This document shows, one piece after another, positions 34,501-43,882 of a stretch of DNA of 64,000 nt. The stretch lies in assembly GCA_965232015.1 (NCBI GenBank), contig OZ246946.1:3430612-3494611 (forward strand), in the 5' to 3' direction. Both the position numbers and the translations under genes were made by a program. Source of the stretch: Vicinamibacteria bacterium (GTDB taxonomy: Bacteria > Acidobacteriota > Vicinamibacteria > Marinacidobacterales > Marinacidobacteraceae). Below the pieces are notes generated by a model, which ran no database searches, was not told the DNA's origin, and saw nothing but the letters and a program-made list of their open reading frames with translations. Every line of letters begins with the position of its first letter. Position 1 is the stretch's first letter.

Positions 34501-36683
34501 CCGATATCTACGACGCCTACGTGATCGATTGCGTGCCGGAGCGCGAGGATCTCGGTTGTCTGCAGCTCATCACTTCGACGAGGAACGTGGACGAAGTGCG
34601 GAGCGTCCTCGACCCGGCGCTCGAGCAGATGGGGCTTCCGCAGAGCCGGAGGAACGCCGATTTCGTCCTCGAACAACTGAAGGCGTTGAGCGGGCGGCTC
34701 GCCATCCGTCTGACCGGGCGCCGCCCCCCGACCGCGGAGCTTGTCGCGCTGGCCGCGGCGCACGCCGGCTGCCGAAACGCCGAAGGCGACCAGAACGGGT
34801 GGGTATCGCTGCAAGACGGCTTCCTGGTTCCGGTGGACGATGTGCGAGAACTGTTCGCGCCGCTTGTCCCGAGTTCGGCCCGACAGGAGACCGCGACGCG
34901 CCCCGACCTGATCTTCGTGTCGCTGGGGCGTCGGCTCTGCCTGCAGTTCATCGAAGTGAAGTACCGGCGCAACCTGCGCGGAGCCCAGGCCGCAGACACC
35001 CTGACCCGGATCTCTCGCCAGACGCATGAGTTCCGCAAGCGGTGGGAGCGCTACTACGGCCGGAGCGCCCCCGGCGTCTTCCGGTCCATCCGCCGGGCTC
35101 ATCTGGCCCGCGTGCTCCGCTTCTATGCGGACAAGGCGGCCCGGCACCATCTTCCCGCCGCCCGACACCGGGCATTCCTGCGCGAGATCGCGTCCATGGT
35201 GGCGAAGGGCGGGGCGTACGGCTTCGCGGACCCCGTGGGCGGAGACCTCGGCTGGGTCTTCTGTCCGGAGTACGGCGGGCGCCAACCCCTCCGAATCTGG
35301 CCGGGAACCCGAGGTGTGCAGGTGTTCCTGTGCGGACCGGCCGCGATGCTGGAGCCTCCCGCAGCCGCCGCCGACGACCGACGCGCGGACATCGTGACCC
35401 GGCGGCCCGTCGCGGTCGAATCCGGAAGCTCCCGTCGGAAAGCGTCGCCCGGGGTTGCCGACCCGGAGGAGGCGCCGCCGAGACGCTCGGCGCCTCGGAT
35501 CCCGCGAGACGCTCGCCCGACTCCGGCCGAGGACAACGCCGATCCCGGGACTCCGCTGGGGTTGAGCCTGGGTCAGGACACGCTCTCCGGAGTCCGAACC
35601 CGTTGGGATCTGTCGGTGCGGGGGAATCCCCATCTCCTCATCGCGGGCCTTCCCGGGATGGGCAAGACGACCTGTCTGGTGAACCTCTGCAGGCAGATGG
35701 TTTCCGCCGGGGTCCCTCCCATCGTGTTCTCGTACCACCAGGACATCGACGAGAGGCTGGAAGAGGTGGTCGGTCCCCTCCGGTTCGTGGACTTCGCCGG
35801 TCTCGGGTTCAATCCGCTGAATGTCGTCTCGAGTGGAGTCGTCAACGCCCATCTCGACGTGGCGGGCTCGATCCGGGACATCTTCAGCGCGATCTATCCC
35901 GAGATCGGAGACGTGCAGGCGGGCCGGATCCGGACCGCCGTGAAGGAGAGCTTCGAGGAAGTCGGCTGGGGTCCCGGACAGGCTGCGGAGCAGACGCCCC
36001 CGTTCGGCCGTTTCATGGAGATCCTCCGGAGCGTCCCGGATCAGGACATCGGGCTGCGCCGGCTGCTCGAACGGCTCGGCGAGCTCGAGGACTACGGTCT
36101 GTTCGCGCCCGCCCGGGCGGAGGATCAAGGTCTCTGGTCGGGAGACCGCACGACCGTGGTGCGCGTCCACAGTACGCAGAACGAAGTGCTGCAGCGGGCT
36201 TTCTCGTTCCTCGTCTTCTACGGGATGTACAAGGACATGTTTCGGCGCGGCATCCAGGACCGGATCACGCACGCTCTCGTCTTCGATGAGGCCCATCGGG
36301 CGGCCCGACTCAGGTTGCTGCCGACGATGGCGAAGGAGTGTCGCAAGTACGGCGTGTCGTTCGTGCTTGCGTCCCAGGAGGCGAGGGACTTCGATCCGTC
36401 GGTGTTCTCGGCGATCGCGAACTATCTGATCCTCCGATGCACCGACGTGGATGCGCGAGCCCTGGTGCGGAATGTGGCGACCCGCCGGCAGGAGCGAGCT
36501 CTGGTGGACCGGATCAAGCAGATGCCCAGGTACCAGGCGCTCCACTTCAGCGAGGCCCGATCGCGCCCGTCCCGCGTGGCGCTCGATCCCCCGGCGGCGG
36601 CGTATGGAGCGGGAGCGCCGGACTCCACCAGTTCTCCCGGTGGGGGGCCGGCACCGGGAGTCACGACAGCCAGCGCCGAGTGA
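31596..36683 (+). CDS. Giant protein (1695 aa): long N-terminal region of unknown function, PD-(D/E)XK-like nuclease motif, C-terminal HerA/FtsK/VirB4-like (DUF87-type) P-loop ATPase; last ~25 aa encoded by a REP-like element
   Basis: ...PDLIFVSLGRRLCLQFIEVKYRRN... has D...E-V-K spacing at aa ~1100. ...HLLIAGLPGMGKTTCLVNL... is a Walker A. ...HALVFDEAHRAA... is a Walker B. ...VSFVLASQEARDFDPSVFSAIANYLILRC... is HerA/AAA_10-like. Confidence 0.7.
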   Translation: MSRSGNSFGRLVARAFEQVLGEGREGSVAFVRCLSPEAVERLARDSSFQPDGWRVHRIADDQDLAARTIPADQAVEAREGKGGALLFLVDTELAGAGMDGIFSAGREVGEEELFARAHRVALGAITAELDSGTRRYAETAIRPSRSGALSVSPAARFEFLCRVLDGEESPGAHLALLGLWPVLDSAEPDFREALSLSEIFAAQLLGAVGSGLPPAQRVEALQLDPDLKEERQELLRFLTEVDTLSVRQALDELEEHSDLWIGALRIKSPTKIRGIELKPWRNKNGSLAKWSGLAPGSKPESPPQLVLGLGREQDDTRFALEVQWKVDPPRLPKGAAEYRVSIRSDQDEPIVEKLARHRALRSGEKLRFTREDFAEVSEGADLSASVRLEVVAHPAIARQESEEFQIRFGDQPETSAAGAGKQVRAFSEGLIDLGGREAVAEAAADPSALDWDPGKEWVVLRTPLIGGRRRTYKVRRPALIAEVERDWVVRQGAPGYWTLEVRADGAAARHPTFEPLDPDAGSAWEPVARASRRLARRFGEGGGTAQIYEAPKGMVPVVRDYLKAWSGLLATGPPKAAVANTLLVRSQSGRTVGLVVLPAHPVRVAWHSAYDNLVFQAAFAQEQKPADVRRELARLDGAMFPAFLPNPQGGAFVFADMLGFHLPAMVADKDPEPKAAVALLARALGGKRGTEAAPTVGGRTARVLATEVRRYLDAHGLPRVLHLHALRAGDGMTVARALGAVLKQERDEQPDSGPPGARRSERAVSFGLDLYPSARQRSVAGRFISEAREKRRTATGVLPPEDRWMLESLSLPGGVTRPRLRWARKEAGQPDTSAHLAVAFDTFESRVEARAESADAEPPYYAFGLSSFYERRYAAAPFPTWSSRPVVGGRGRKHPAGPSHTDALTAVQRAVHRSVVRHLGNHGGAPVLRTTVGSEEAESLDLLHRRADWVVTLDRNAGIEYFDSPRDHPDIYDAYVIDCVPEREDLGCLQLITSTRNVDEVRSVLDPALEQMGLPQSRRNADFVLEQLKALSGRLAIRLTGRRPPTAELVALAAAHAGCRNAEGDQNGWVSLQDGFLVPVDDVRELFAPLVPSSARQETATRPDLIFVSLGRRLCLQFIEVKYRRNLRGAQAADTLTRISRQTHEFRKRWERYYGRSAPGVFRSIRRAHLARVLRFYADKAARHHLPAARHRAFLREIASMVAKGGAYGFADPVGGDLGWVFCPEYGGRQPLRIWPGTRGVQVFLCGPAAMLEPPAAAADDRRADIVTRRPVAVESGSSRRKASPGVADPEEAPPRRSAPRIPRDARPTPAEDNADPGTPLGLSLGQDTLSGVRTRWDLSVRGNPHLLIAGLPGMGKTTCLVNLCRQMVSAGVPPIVFSYHQDIDERLEEVVGPLRFVDFAGLGFNPLNVVSSGVVNAHLDVAGSIRDIFSAIYPEIGDVQAGRIRTAVKESFEEVGWGPGQAAEQTPPFGRFMEILRSVPDQDIGLRRLLERLGELEDYGLFAPARAEDQGLWSGDRTTVVRVHSTQNEVLQRAFSFLVFYGMYKDMFRRGIQDRITHALVFDEAHRAARLRLLPTMAKECRKYGVSFVLASQEARDFDPSVFSAIANYLILRCTDVDARALVRNVATRRQERALVDRIKQMPRYQALHFSEARSRPSRVALDPPAAAYGAGAPDSTSSPGGGPAPGVTTASAE
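36596..36665. repeat. REP-like element copy at the 3' end of the giant gene
   Basis: GGAGCGGGAGCGCCGGACTCCACCAGTTCTCCCGGTGGGGGGCCGGCACCGGGAG has the same modules as the other copies. It is translated as ...GAPDSTSSPGGGPAPG... Confidence 0.55.
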
Positions 36684-36704
36684 ACGCTGGGAAGGACAGT
36701 CGAG

Positions 36705-36947
36705 ATGAGTGATCTCTACGCGCGGGTCTCGTGGTTCCGAGATCTCGCCCGGCGCATTGCCGATGGTGGGAAGGAGTACCTCGCCGACCGAGTTCCCAAG
36801 GTGGACTGGAAGAAAAGGAGGCCCCCGGCGGTTGTCCAAATGGGCCTCGCTCTCTCGGCCAGCCCGGACGCGCTCCTCGATCAGATCCGGAAGCTGGCCA
36901 TGCGGATTCGCGGTGCGGCGGCCGCCGTCCACTTTCACGCGGTCTGA
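36705..36947 (+). CDS. Hypothetical small protein (80 aa)
   Basis: ORF with an SD-like GGAAGGA 12 nt upstream. It has lower GC and sits between the two ATPase genes on the same strand. Confidence 0.35.
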   Translation: MSDLYARVSWFRDLARRIADGGKEYLADRVPKVDWKKRRPPAVVQMGLALSASPDALLDQIRKLAMRIRGAAAAVHFHAV

Positions 36948-37004
36948 CTACGCTTGACACGAGCTCCAGCACCGAGTGGTCGGCCCGCGAGATACGCTCC
37001 GGAC

Positions 37005-38192
37005 ATGAAGCGACAGCGAGGCTGGGAGAACCCGTTCCAGCCCGGGGCGGGCGCGTCGCCTCCGGTCCTCGCGGGGCGGGAACGAGAGGTCTCGCTGGGG
37101 CGGGGGCTGCTGGATGTCCTCGAATCAGGTTCCCGACCTTCGCGGGGGCTGCTCTATTTCGGGCCCCGCGGGAACGGCAAGACCGTTCTGCTCGCACATC
37201 TGGCGGACGAGGCGCGCGGGCGCGGAATGCGCGCCGAGGGGCTGCCGGCGGACTGCTTCGCCGACCGCGAAGAGCTGATCGGGAGGCTCCAGGAGAACGC
37301 GGGGCTCGCCCGAGCCGAGATCACGGCAATGCAGGCGGCGGGGTTTGGCGTCGCCTCCGTCCCCGGACCCCGAACCCGCAGCATTGGAGGACTCCTGGCC
37401 TCGTGGATCGGACTCGCGGAGAGTCCCCTGGTGATCCTGCTCGACGAGGCGCAGTCAGTGGAGCCGGCGGCCGGTCGCATCTTCTTCGCCGCGGTTCAAG
37501 AGGCGACGATGGATGCGCTGCCCTTCGCGCTCATCGCCGCCGGAACCCCCGATGCTCCGCGGCGCCTACGCCGGTGCGGAACATTCATCGAACGCGCGCT
37601 CCGCCGGGTACCCGTGGGACGCCTGAATCGGAAGGAAACCCTGCTCGCGCTCGAGGAGCCCGCACGACGGGCGGGGCGGCCGACCTCCGGTGGCGCCGCC
37701 CAGCGGCTGGCGTCGGAGTCGCAGGACTATCCGTTCTTCATCCAGCTCCTCGGAAGCGCCGCCTGGGATGCGGCGCGGCCCGGGGCCCGGTTGATCGATT
37801 CGGACGCCGCGAGGGCCGGAGTGATGGCGACCCGCCCGGAGATCCAGGACTTCTACGCGGAGCGCTACGAGGAGGCCCGAGCCCGCGGCGTTCATCGGCT
37901 CCTGTGGCCGCTCGCGCATCGCATCGTGGACGGAGGCGGCCAGATTGACGATCGCGCACTCGACGCGCTGCTGGAGAGAAGCGGCTCGTCGGATGCGCAG
38001 GCTCGGGTTCTCGCCACGCTCACGGACCTCGGCGTCCTGTGGCAAGCGGCGCCCGGCATCTGGGAAATGGGCATCCCGAGCTTCGCCGAGCATGTGCTGC
38101 GTCGAGGCCGGGTCTCGCACAAATCCCACCCGGCCTCGAGAGCTGCCGATGATCGGCAAGAGCAGCCTTCTCCGCGCTCGAAGCAAAGGTGA
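37005..38192 (+). CDS. AAA+ ATPase (AAA_16 / 'archaeal ATPase'-like, STAND-related)
   Basis: ...NPFQPGAGASPPVLAGREREVSLGRGLLDVLESG...GLLYFGPRGNGKTVLLAHL... is the N-terminal FxxR motif followed by a Walker A. ...LVILLDEAQ... is a Walker B. About 396 aa from the ATG at 37005. Confidence 0.65.
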   Translation: MKRQRGWENPFQPGAGASPPVLAGREREVSLGRGLLDVLESGSRPSRGLLYFGPRGNGKTVLLAHLADEARGRGMRAEGLPADCFADREELIGRLQENAGLARAEITAMQAAGFGVASVPGPRTRSIGGLLASWIGLAESPLVILLDEAQSVEPAAGRIFFAAVQEATMDALPFALIAAGTPDAPRRLRRCGTFIERALRRVPVGRLNRKETLLALEEPARRAGRPTSGGAAQRLASESQDYPFFIQLLGSAAWDAARPGARLIDSDAARAGVMATRPEIQDFYAERYEEARARGVHRLLWPLAHRIVDGGGQIDDRALDALLERSGSSDAQARVLATLTDLGVLWQAAPGIWEMGIPSFAEHVLRRGRVSHKSHPASRAADDRQEQPSPRSKQR

Positions 38193-38657
38193 CGCAGGCG
38201 CCACCCAATCGTCCGTGCTGCGAGCACATGGCCCCACCTCAGGCGGCAATGCGCCGGTACGGAGTGCGACGAACCGCAGATGCGGCGGCTGTTCCGATGC
38301 AGAGTCACGCAGATGGCCAGGCATGGGATGAGGTTGATGTGTTCTGACGAAACCGAGAAAGGGCACGCCGCCACTGGAGCAAATGATGACGCCGCAGGAA
38401 CTCGGTCTCGATCCGGTGCCGCGAGAAGCCTTCGGAAGCCTCCTGTGGGAGGCTGGACGGGAACGGCGCGTCAAGTGCACATGTCTTTGTGCTACAGTGA
38501 TTTACATGACCATACGCTCTCCCTCCGGAGTCAGGGCAGGGAATGCCCGAGTTACACTATGGACCTGATCGGCGAAGGTTAGTCATGCCTGCGGCGGGCG
38601 AGTCGAAGCACGTTCGGCTGTTGATGTCCATGCCGCTGCCCCGAAGGAGGATGTCCG

Positions 38658-38864
38658 GTGGAATCTGAACGGAAGCCGGTGCGCGCGTTGGAGTCCGAGC
38701 CCTCGAGCGATTTCCTCCGCGAGGTCGTTGGGCAGGCGAGAGCGCTTCCGGATTCCGATTGGCGAGAGCGGATCGCATTCGCGAAGAAAGTGCGCCAGGA
38801 CACGCTGGAGGCGAGGAAGAAACGTCCGTTTACTGATGGGGTCGTCCTTCGGCCTACCGTCTGA
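38658..38864 (+). CDS. Hypothetical small protein (68 aa), GTG start with strong SD
   Basis: AAGGAGG lies 7 nt upstream of the GTG. It is immediately followed, with a 12-nt gap, by the SDH-family peptidase gene, and GC is lower. Confidence 0.35.
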   Translation: MESERKPVRALESEPSSDFLREVVGQARALPDSDWRERIAFAKKVRQDTLEARKKRPFTDGVVLRPTV

Positions 38865-38876
38865 GCTCCAGACGGT

Positions 38877-39710
38877 ATGCCCCCGGACCGCAGCCCTCTC
38901 TTTGAGGCGCAGAACGCACCTCGCTACGAACGTCAGTCGCTTATCGCACAGTACGAGGCTGAGCACAGGTGCCGTCTTGTCGTAGTCAGTGACCCGCTCT
39001 TTCCGCATAGCATCGCACCGTTCGAGGAGGTCCTGTTCGACGTGGAGTTGGGCCAGGATCTTCACGTCGTCCTACGTACACCGGGTGGAGACGGCGAGAC
39101 TGCGGTTCGACTCGCACGACAGGCACATGCTCGTTGCGACAGATTGACGGTAGTCATTCCGGATCAGGCCAAGAGCGCGGGGACACTCTTCGCGCTTGCC
39201 GCACACCGGATCATCATGGGTCCGACGAGTGATCTCGGACCCATCGACCCTCAGCTGCTTCTCCCGAATGGCTCTTTCGTAGCAGCGCGAGCCATCATCG
39301 CGTCGGTGGATGAGGCGGAGCGGAGGATTCAGGAGAATCCAGCCACGTATCCGCTCCACGCGTCGCTCCTCGCCGAAGTGACCGGGGTGCTGGTTCAGCA
39401 GGCGCGAGACGCCTTGGATCGGACCGATGACTTGCTGAATGCCGCCCTCGGGTGTGTGTCGGACCGTAGCGAGGGGGATATCCAGACGTTGGCGGAACGT
39501 GTCAGGGAGCCGCTGATCAAGGAGCCCAGGAGCCATTCCGCGATCGTCTCGTCAAGCGACGCGCAGCGGTTCGGTCTCCCGGTCAAGATTGCTGACGCGG
39601 ACTCGCCTCGGTGGAAGGACATCTGGCGGCTGTGGACCAAGTATGCCGTCCTGAACGCGGTCCGGATCTACGAAGGGCGCACTGCGTCGCTTGTCATTTC
39701 CTCTGCCTGA
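38877..39710 (+). CDS. SDH-family serine peptidase (serine dehydrogenase proteinase, ClpP/crotonase fold; Pfam SDH_sah-like)
   Basis: ...LHVVLRTPGGDGETAVRLAR...IPDQAKSAGTLFALAAHRIIMGPTSDLGPIDPQ... matches the characteristic Ser-containing core of this family. Confidence 0.6.
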   Translation: MPPDRSPLFEAQNAPRYERQSLIAQYEAEHRCRLVVVSDPLFPHSIAPFEEVLFDVELGQDLHVVLRTPGGDGETAVRLARQAHARCDRLTVVIPDQAKSAGTLFALAAHRIIMGPTSDLGPIDPQLLLPNGSFVAARAIIASVDEAERRIQENPATYPLHASLLAEVTGVLVQQARDALDRTDDLLNAALGCVSDRSEGDIQTLAERVREPLIKEPRSHSAIVSSSDAQRFGLPVKIADADSPRWKDIWRLWTKYAVLNAVRIYEGRTASLVISSA

Positions 39711-40240
39711 GTCGGGTCGGCTCCGGGTGTAAGGGCCCTAAGGAAGGCGAGTGTCGCCCATTGGCCGACTGGGCCCATACGGCCCGGCTCAGATCACACG
39801 GGGAGCACTGCTCCGTCGGTCGTACTCGAGTTCGACAAGTCTCGGGTATATTTCGGGATGGAGCCTCGGGTCGAGGAACGGTCCACCGTGAACTTACGGC
39901 ACCGCAGACAAGCCAGGTTGTCCGCGGGAGCCCCAGTTGCATGGAGTGAGGCTCTGATCGGCGCGCAAGCTCGTTGATGTGCTAACTTGAGCCTGGCATG
40001 CTCGACTTCACGAGGCGCATGTTGACCTCCGGTGCGCTGTCGACGAACAGGACAGTTCGGCCGCTCGGTGTCGAGCCACTCCGTGTCGGCGCGATCTTGG
40101 GTCCGTCGAGAGCGTAGTGGACAAGCAACCGTCCATGCCCACGGATCGGCGCCGAGGCCTCACTCCACGCCAAGGTCGCTTCGATGCGGGTGGGCTCGCG
40201 CCAGGTTGCGGCCGTCGGGTGACGGAGTTAGACTGTTCGC

Positions 40241-40612
40241 ATGCGCCGAGACATTGACCTTTGTCGCCACATTCTCATCGAGATTGAGAGCTGGGACACG
40301 ACTCAAATTCCGAAACAAATCAGATTGGATGGGTACTCCAAGGACCAGACCGGTTATCACGCTTGGCTCCTCGCAGAGGAGGGAATGGTCGTTGGGGTCG
40401 ACGTGACGAGTCTCGGCGATTCGGTTCGCCAGTTTGCTCCCAGGAGCCTTACGTACAGGGGTCACGACTTTCTGGAACTCGGTCGGAACGAGACCCGCTG
40501 GCAGAAGGCGAAGGCGCGTGTCCTGAAGGTCGGCGGGCCGATTACGTCTGACATCATGATGTCCCTGCTTCGGAATCTCGCGGCTCGCGCAGTCGGTTTG
40601 CCTGACGCGTGA
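40241..40612 (+). CDS. DUF2513-family protein (phage/mobile-element associated)
   Basis: MRRDIDLCRHILIEIES... resembles the conserved N-terminus of DUF2513 proteins. Low-GC patch. Confidence 0.45.
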   Translation: MRRDIDLCRHILIEIESWDTTQIPKQIRLDGYSKDQTGYHAWLLAEEGMVVGVDVTSLGDSVRQFAPRSLTYRGHDFLELGRNETRWQKAKARVLKVGGPITSDIMMSLLRNLAARAVGLPDA

Positions 40613-40656
40613 TCGAGCGGGGCTGGTCCGCCGGCCCTTCGGTTCTCGCTGCGGAC

Positions 40657-43600
40657 TCAGGCGGCCCAGCGGTCGGAGAGCGCTTCGGCCTGTTCGATCA
40701 CGGTGCGGGTAGCTTCTTCGATGCGGGCGCCCGGGTAGTTGTGCTTGCGGAGGATGCGCTTGACGAGGCGACGGATGTTGGCGCGGACGTTCTCGCGAAG
40801 CGTCCAGTCGATCTTCACGCTGGCGCGGACCGTCTTGAGCAGTTCGCGGGCGATGGTGCGCAGCGTTTCGTCGCCGAGCACCGAGACGGTGCTGTCGTTC
40901 GTCCCCAGCGCGTCGTAGAACGCGAGCTCCTCCTCGGAGAGCCCGAGCGTCTCACCGCGGGCGCTCGCTTCGCGGATCTCGCGGGCGAGTTCGATGAGCT
41001 CCTCGATCACCTGCGCGGTCTCGACCGCACGGTTCCCGTAGCGCCGGATCGTCTCCTCCAGCATTTCGGCGAAGGAGCGCGCCTGGACCACGTTCTTGCG
41101 CCCGCGGTTCGCGACTGCGCCCTCGATGAGCTTCCGTAGCAGCTCGACCGCGAGATTCCGGTGCTCCATGCCGCTCACCTCGGCGAGGAACTCCTCGGAC
41201 AGGACCGAGACGTCGGGCTTGTCGAGTCCGGCGGCGGCGAAGATGTCCACGACCTCCTCGGAAGTCACGGATCGCGAGACGATCTGGCGGATGGCGTAGT
41301 CGATCTCTTCGGCGGGGCGGGCCGTTCCGGGGGCGCGCTTGGCGAGCACGGCCTGGACGGCCTGGAAGAAGGCCACGTCGTCGCGGATGCGGGTCGTTTC
41401 CTCGTGCGGGACGGCGAGCGTGAACGCCTGCGAGAGCTCGCGCACGGCGCGGAGGAACCGCTTCTTGCCGTCGTCCTGCGCCAGGATGTGTTCCTGCGCG
41501 GCGGGCAACAGGGCGAGTCGTTCCGCCGGCGTACCGTTGGTCCACGCCGAGCGGTCGAACCCGTGGAACAGGTCGCAGCAGACCTCGTACTTCTCGAGCA
41601 TCACGGCTACGGCGTCCGCTTGATGCACAGTGGTGTCACCCCGGCCGCCGCTCTCGGTGTAGGTCGCGAGCGCCAGCTTCAGTTCGGCCGCGATGCCGAG
41701 GTAGTCCACGATGAGTCCGCCCGGCTTGTCACGGAAGACCCGGTTCACCCGGGCGATCGCCTGCATCAGGCCGTGGCCGCGCATCGGCTTGTCCACGTAC
41801 ATGGTGTGAAGGCTGGGGGCGTCGAAGCCGGTCAGCCACATGTCGCGCACGATGACGACCTGGAACGGATCCTGGGGATCGCGGAACCGTTTGGCGAGGT
41901 TTTCGCGCCGGCCCTTGTTCCGGATGTGCGGCTGCCAGTGCGGTGGATCCGACGCGCTGCCCGTCATGACGACCTTGATTCGGCCCCGGTCGCCTTTCTC
42001 GCCGCGCCACTCGGGTCGGAGGCGCGTCACCTCCCGGTAGAGGTCCACGGCGATGCGTCGGCTCATGCAGACGACCATCGCCTTGCCTTCCAGGGCGTCG
42101 AGGCGCCGCTCAAAGTGGGCGACGATGTCCTCGGCCACGAGCCCGAGACGCGGCGCCGCGCCGACGACCGCCTCGAGCTGCGCCCACTTTCGCTTCAGTT
42201 TCTCCCGGCGGGTGTCCTCCTCGCCTTCGGTCACGTCCTCGAAGTCCGGGTCGATCTGTGGGCGCGCGTCGTCGTCGAGCCTCAGCTTCGCGAGGCGGCT
42301 CTCGTAGTAGATCGGGACCGTCGCCCGGTCCTCGACCGAGCGGGCGATGTCGTAGATGCTGATCGTGTCGCCGAACACGGCTCGGGTGCTGGCGTCCGCC
42401 AACTCGATCGGGGTGCCGGTGAAGCCGATGAACGAAGCCCGGGGGAGGGCGTCGCGCATGTGCCGGGCATAGCCATCAATGAAGTCGTACTGGCTGCGGT
42501 GCGCCTCGTCCGCGATCACGACGATGTTCCGGCGGCGCGACAGGAGGGGATGGCGGCCGCCCTTCTCCTCCGGGAAGAACTTCTGGATCGTGGTGAAAAC
42601 CACGCCCCCCGATTCGACATCCAGGCGCTTCCGCAGATCGGTGCGGTTTGCGGCCTGGGCCGGGGGCTGACGGAGGAGGTCGGCACAGCGCGAGAAGGTG
42701 CCGAAGAGCTGGTCGTCGAGGTCGTTCCGGTCGGTGAGAATGACCAGGGTCGGGTTCTCCATGGCGGGCTCGCGGATGATCCGCCCGGCATAGAAGGCCA
42801 TCGTGAGGCTCTTCCCGGACCCCTGCGTGTGCCAGACGACGCCGATCCGGCGGTCTCCCGGATCGCCCCCGGATTGGGACGTGGCTCCGTATGCCTGCCT
42901 CGCCTCGGCGGCTCGCTGCGCCTCCTTCCGGAGCGACGCGGCGCGCAGGGTCTCCTCGACCGCCACCTCGACAGCGTGAACCTGGTGGTAGCCCGCCATC
43001 TTCTTGGCCAGCTTCCCGCTGCCGTCGTCGTCGAACACGGTGAAGTCCCGGAGGAGCGTGAGAAGCCGGAACCGGTCGCAAGTGCCGTGGAGCAGCACGT
43101 CGAGTTGGAGCTGATGCGGCCCGGCCTCCGTTCGGCCGTCCATCGTCCGCCACGGCTTGAACCACTCGCGCCCGGCGGTGAGAGTGCCGATCCGGGCCTC
43201 CACACCATCCGAGGCGACGAGCGCCATGTTGAAGGCGAACAGGCTCTGTAACTCGCCCCTGTAGGTCTGAAGCTGCTGCCACGCCTTCCAGACCGTGGCC
43301 TTCTCGTCCGCCGGGTTCTTGAGCTCGATCAGCACGAGGGGAAGGCCGTTCACGAACAGCACGACATCCGGGCGTCGCTGGTGATCCCCCTCCACGACCG
43401 TGAACTGGTTCACGGCCAGGAAGTCATTGCGCTCGGGGTGGGCGTAGTCGAGGACGGAGACCTGGGCGCCGCGCATCACTCCATCGCCGGCGCGATACTC
43501 GACGCCTATACCCTCCACCAGCATTCGGTGCAGGTCGCGGTTGCGGGCTTCGAGAGTGGCACCCTGAGGTTCGGTCAGCTTGCGGTAGGCGTCGTCCAAT

Positions 43601-43797
43601 GCCTCGTCGGGAAGATCCGGGTTTAGCCGGTCCAAGGCGTCACGTAGCCGATGTTCCAGAACGACTTCGGAGTGGTCGGCCCGCTCCGCGCCGTCCGCGT
43701 GCGGGGCGATGTCGGGACCGTGCGCCACCTTCCACCCGAGACCTTCGAGCCATTCGAGCGCGGCGGCTTCGACTTCCGACTCGGTGAAGATAGTCAT
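40657..43797 (-). CDS. hsdR: Type I restriction enzyme R subunit
   Basis: [22 protein letters not shown]... is the N-terminal nuclease region, with ...[18 protein letters not shown]... (PD-(D/E)XK). Helicase motifs are ...[12 protein letters not shown]... (motif I), ...[11 protein letters not shown]... (DEAH) and ...FIGFTGTP... A C-terminal helical domain follows. The start ATG is complementary to 43795-43797. Confidence 0.9.
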   Translation of the reverse strand: MTIFTESEVEAAALEWLEGLGWKVAHGPDIAPHADGAERADHSEVVLEHRLRDALDRLNPDLPDEALDDAYRKLTEPQGATLEARNRDLHRMLVEGIGVEYRAGDGVMRGAQVSVLDYAHPERNDFLAVNQFTVVEGDHQRRPDVVLFVNGLPLVLIELKNPADEKATVWKAWQQLQTYRGELQSLFAFNMALVASDGVEARIGTLTAGREWFKPWRTMDGRTEAGPHQLQLDVLLHGTCDRFRLLTLLRDFTVFDDDGSGKLAKKMAGYHQVHAVEVAVEETLRAASLRKEAQRAAEARQAYGATSQSGGDPGDRRIGVVWHTQGSGKSLTMAFYAGRIIREPAMENPTLVILTDRNDLDDQLFGTFSRCADLLRQPPAQAANRTDLRKRLDVESGGVVFTTIQKFFPEEKGGRHPLLSRRRNIVVIADEAHRSQYDFIDGYARHMRDALPRASFIGFTGTPIELADASTRAVFGDTISIYDIARSVEDRATVPIYYESRLAKLRLDDDARPQIDPDFEDVTEGEEDTRREKLKRKWAQLEAVVGAAPRLGLVAEDIVAHFERRLDALEGKAMVVCMSRRIAVDLYREVTRLRPEWRGEKGDRGRIKVVMTGSASDPPHWQPHIRNKGRRENLAKRFRDPQDPFQVVIVRDMWLTGFDAPSLHTMYVDKPMRGHGLMQAIARVNRVFRDKPGGLIVDYLGIAAELKLALATYTESGGRGDTTVHQADAVAVMLEKYEVCCDLFHGFDRSAWTNGTPAERLALLPAAQEHILAQDDGKKRFLRAVRELSQAFTLAVPHEETTRIRDDVAFFQAVQAVLAKRAPGTARPAEEIDYAIRQIVSRSVTSEEVVDIFAAAGLDKPDVSVLSEEFLAEVSGMEHRNLAVELLRKLIEGAVANRGRKNVVQARSFAEMLEETIRRYGNRAVETAQVIEELIELAREIREASARGETLGLSEEELAFYDALGTNDSTVSVLGDETLRTIARELLKTVRASVKIDWTLRENVRANIRRLVKRILRKHNYPGARIEEATRTVIEQAEALSDRWAA

Positions 43798-43882
43798 CAG
43801 GCACCCTCGCTGCCTGGTGCCGGCACAAACTTCGCCGCCTGGGCATCTCGCTCGCGTTGATGCGGGGCACTCCCGCGGTCGG

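Noticed and set aside
34128-36938. 936-aa minus-strand ORF antisense to the 1695-aa giant gene
   Set aside because: It has no motifs and Arg/Gly/Pro-rich composition. The plus-strand gene has Walker A/B and nuclease motifs in a consistent frame.
38200-38660. Possible small ncRNA or tRNA in the AT-richer gap after the AAA+ ATPase gene
   Set aside because: I could not find a cloverleaf-compatible acceptor/anticodon arrangement or any conserved RNA motif by eye, so this stays uncalled. tRNAscan or Infernal would be needed.
38583-39065. 160-aa minus-strand ORF overlapping the start of the SDH-peptidase gene
   Set aside because: It overlaps a well-supported plus-strand CDS and has no recognisable motifs, so it is most likely spurious.
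41161-43251. 696-aa plus-strand ORF antisense to hsdR
   Set aside because: hsdR on the minus strand has unmistakable helicase and nuclease motifs, so the plus-strand ORF is a shadow.
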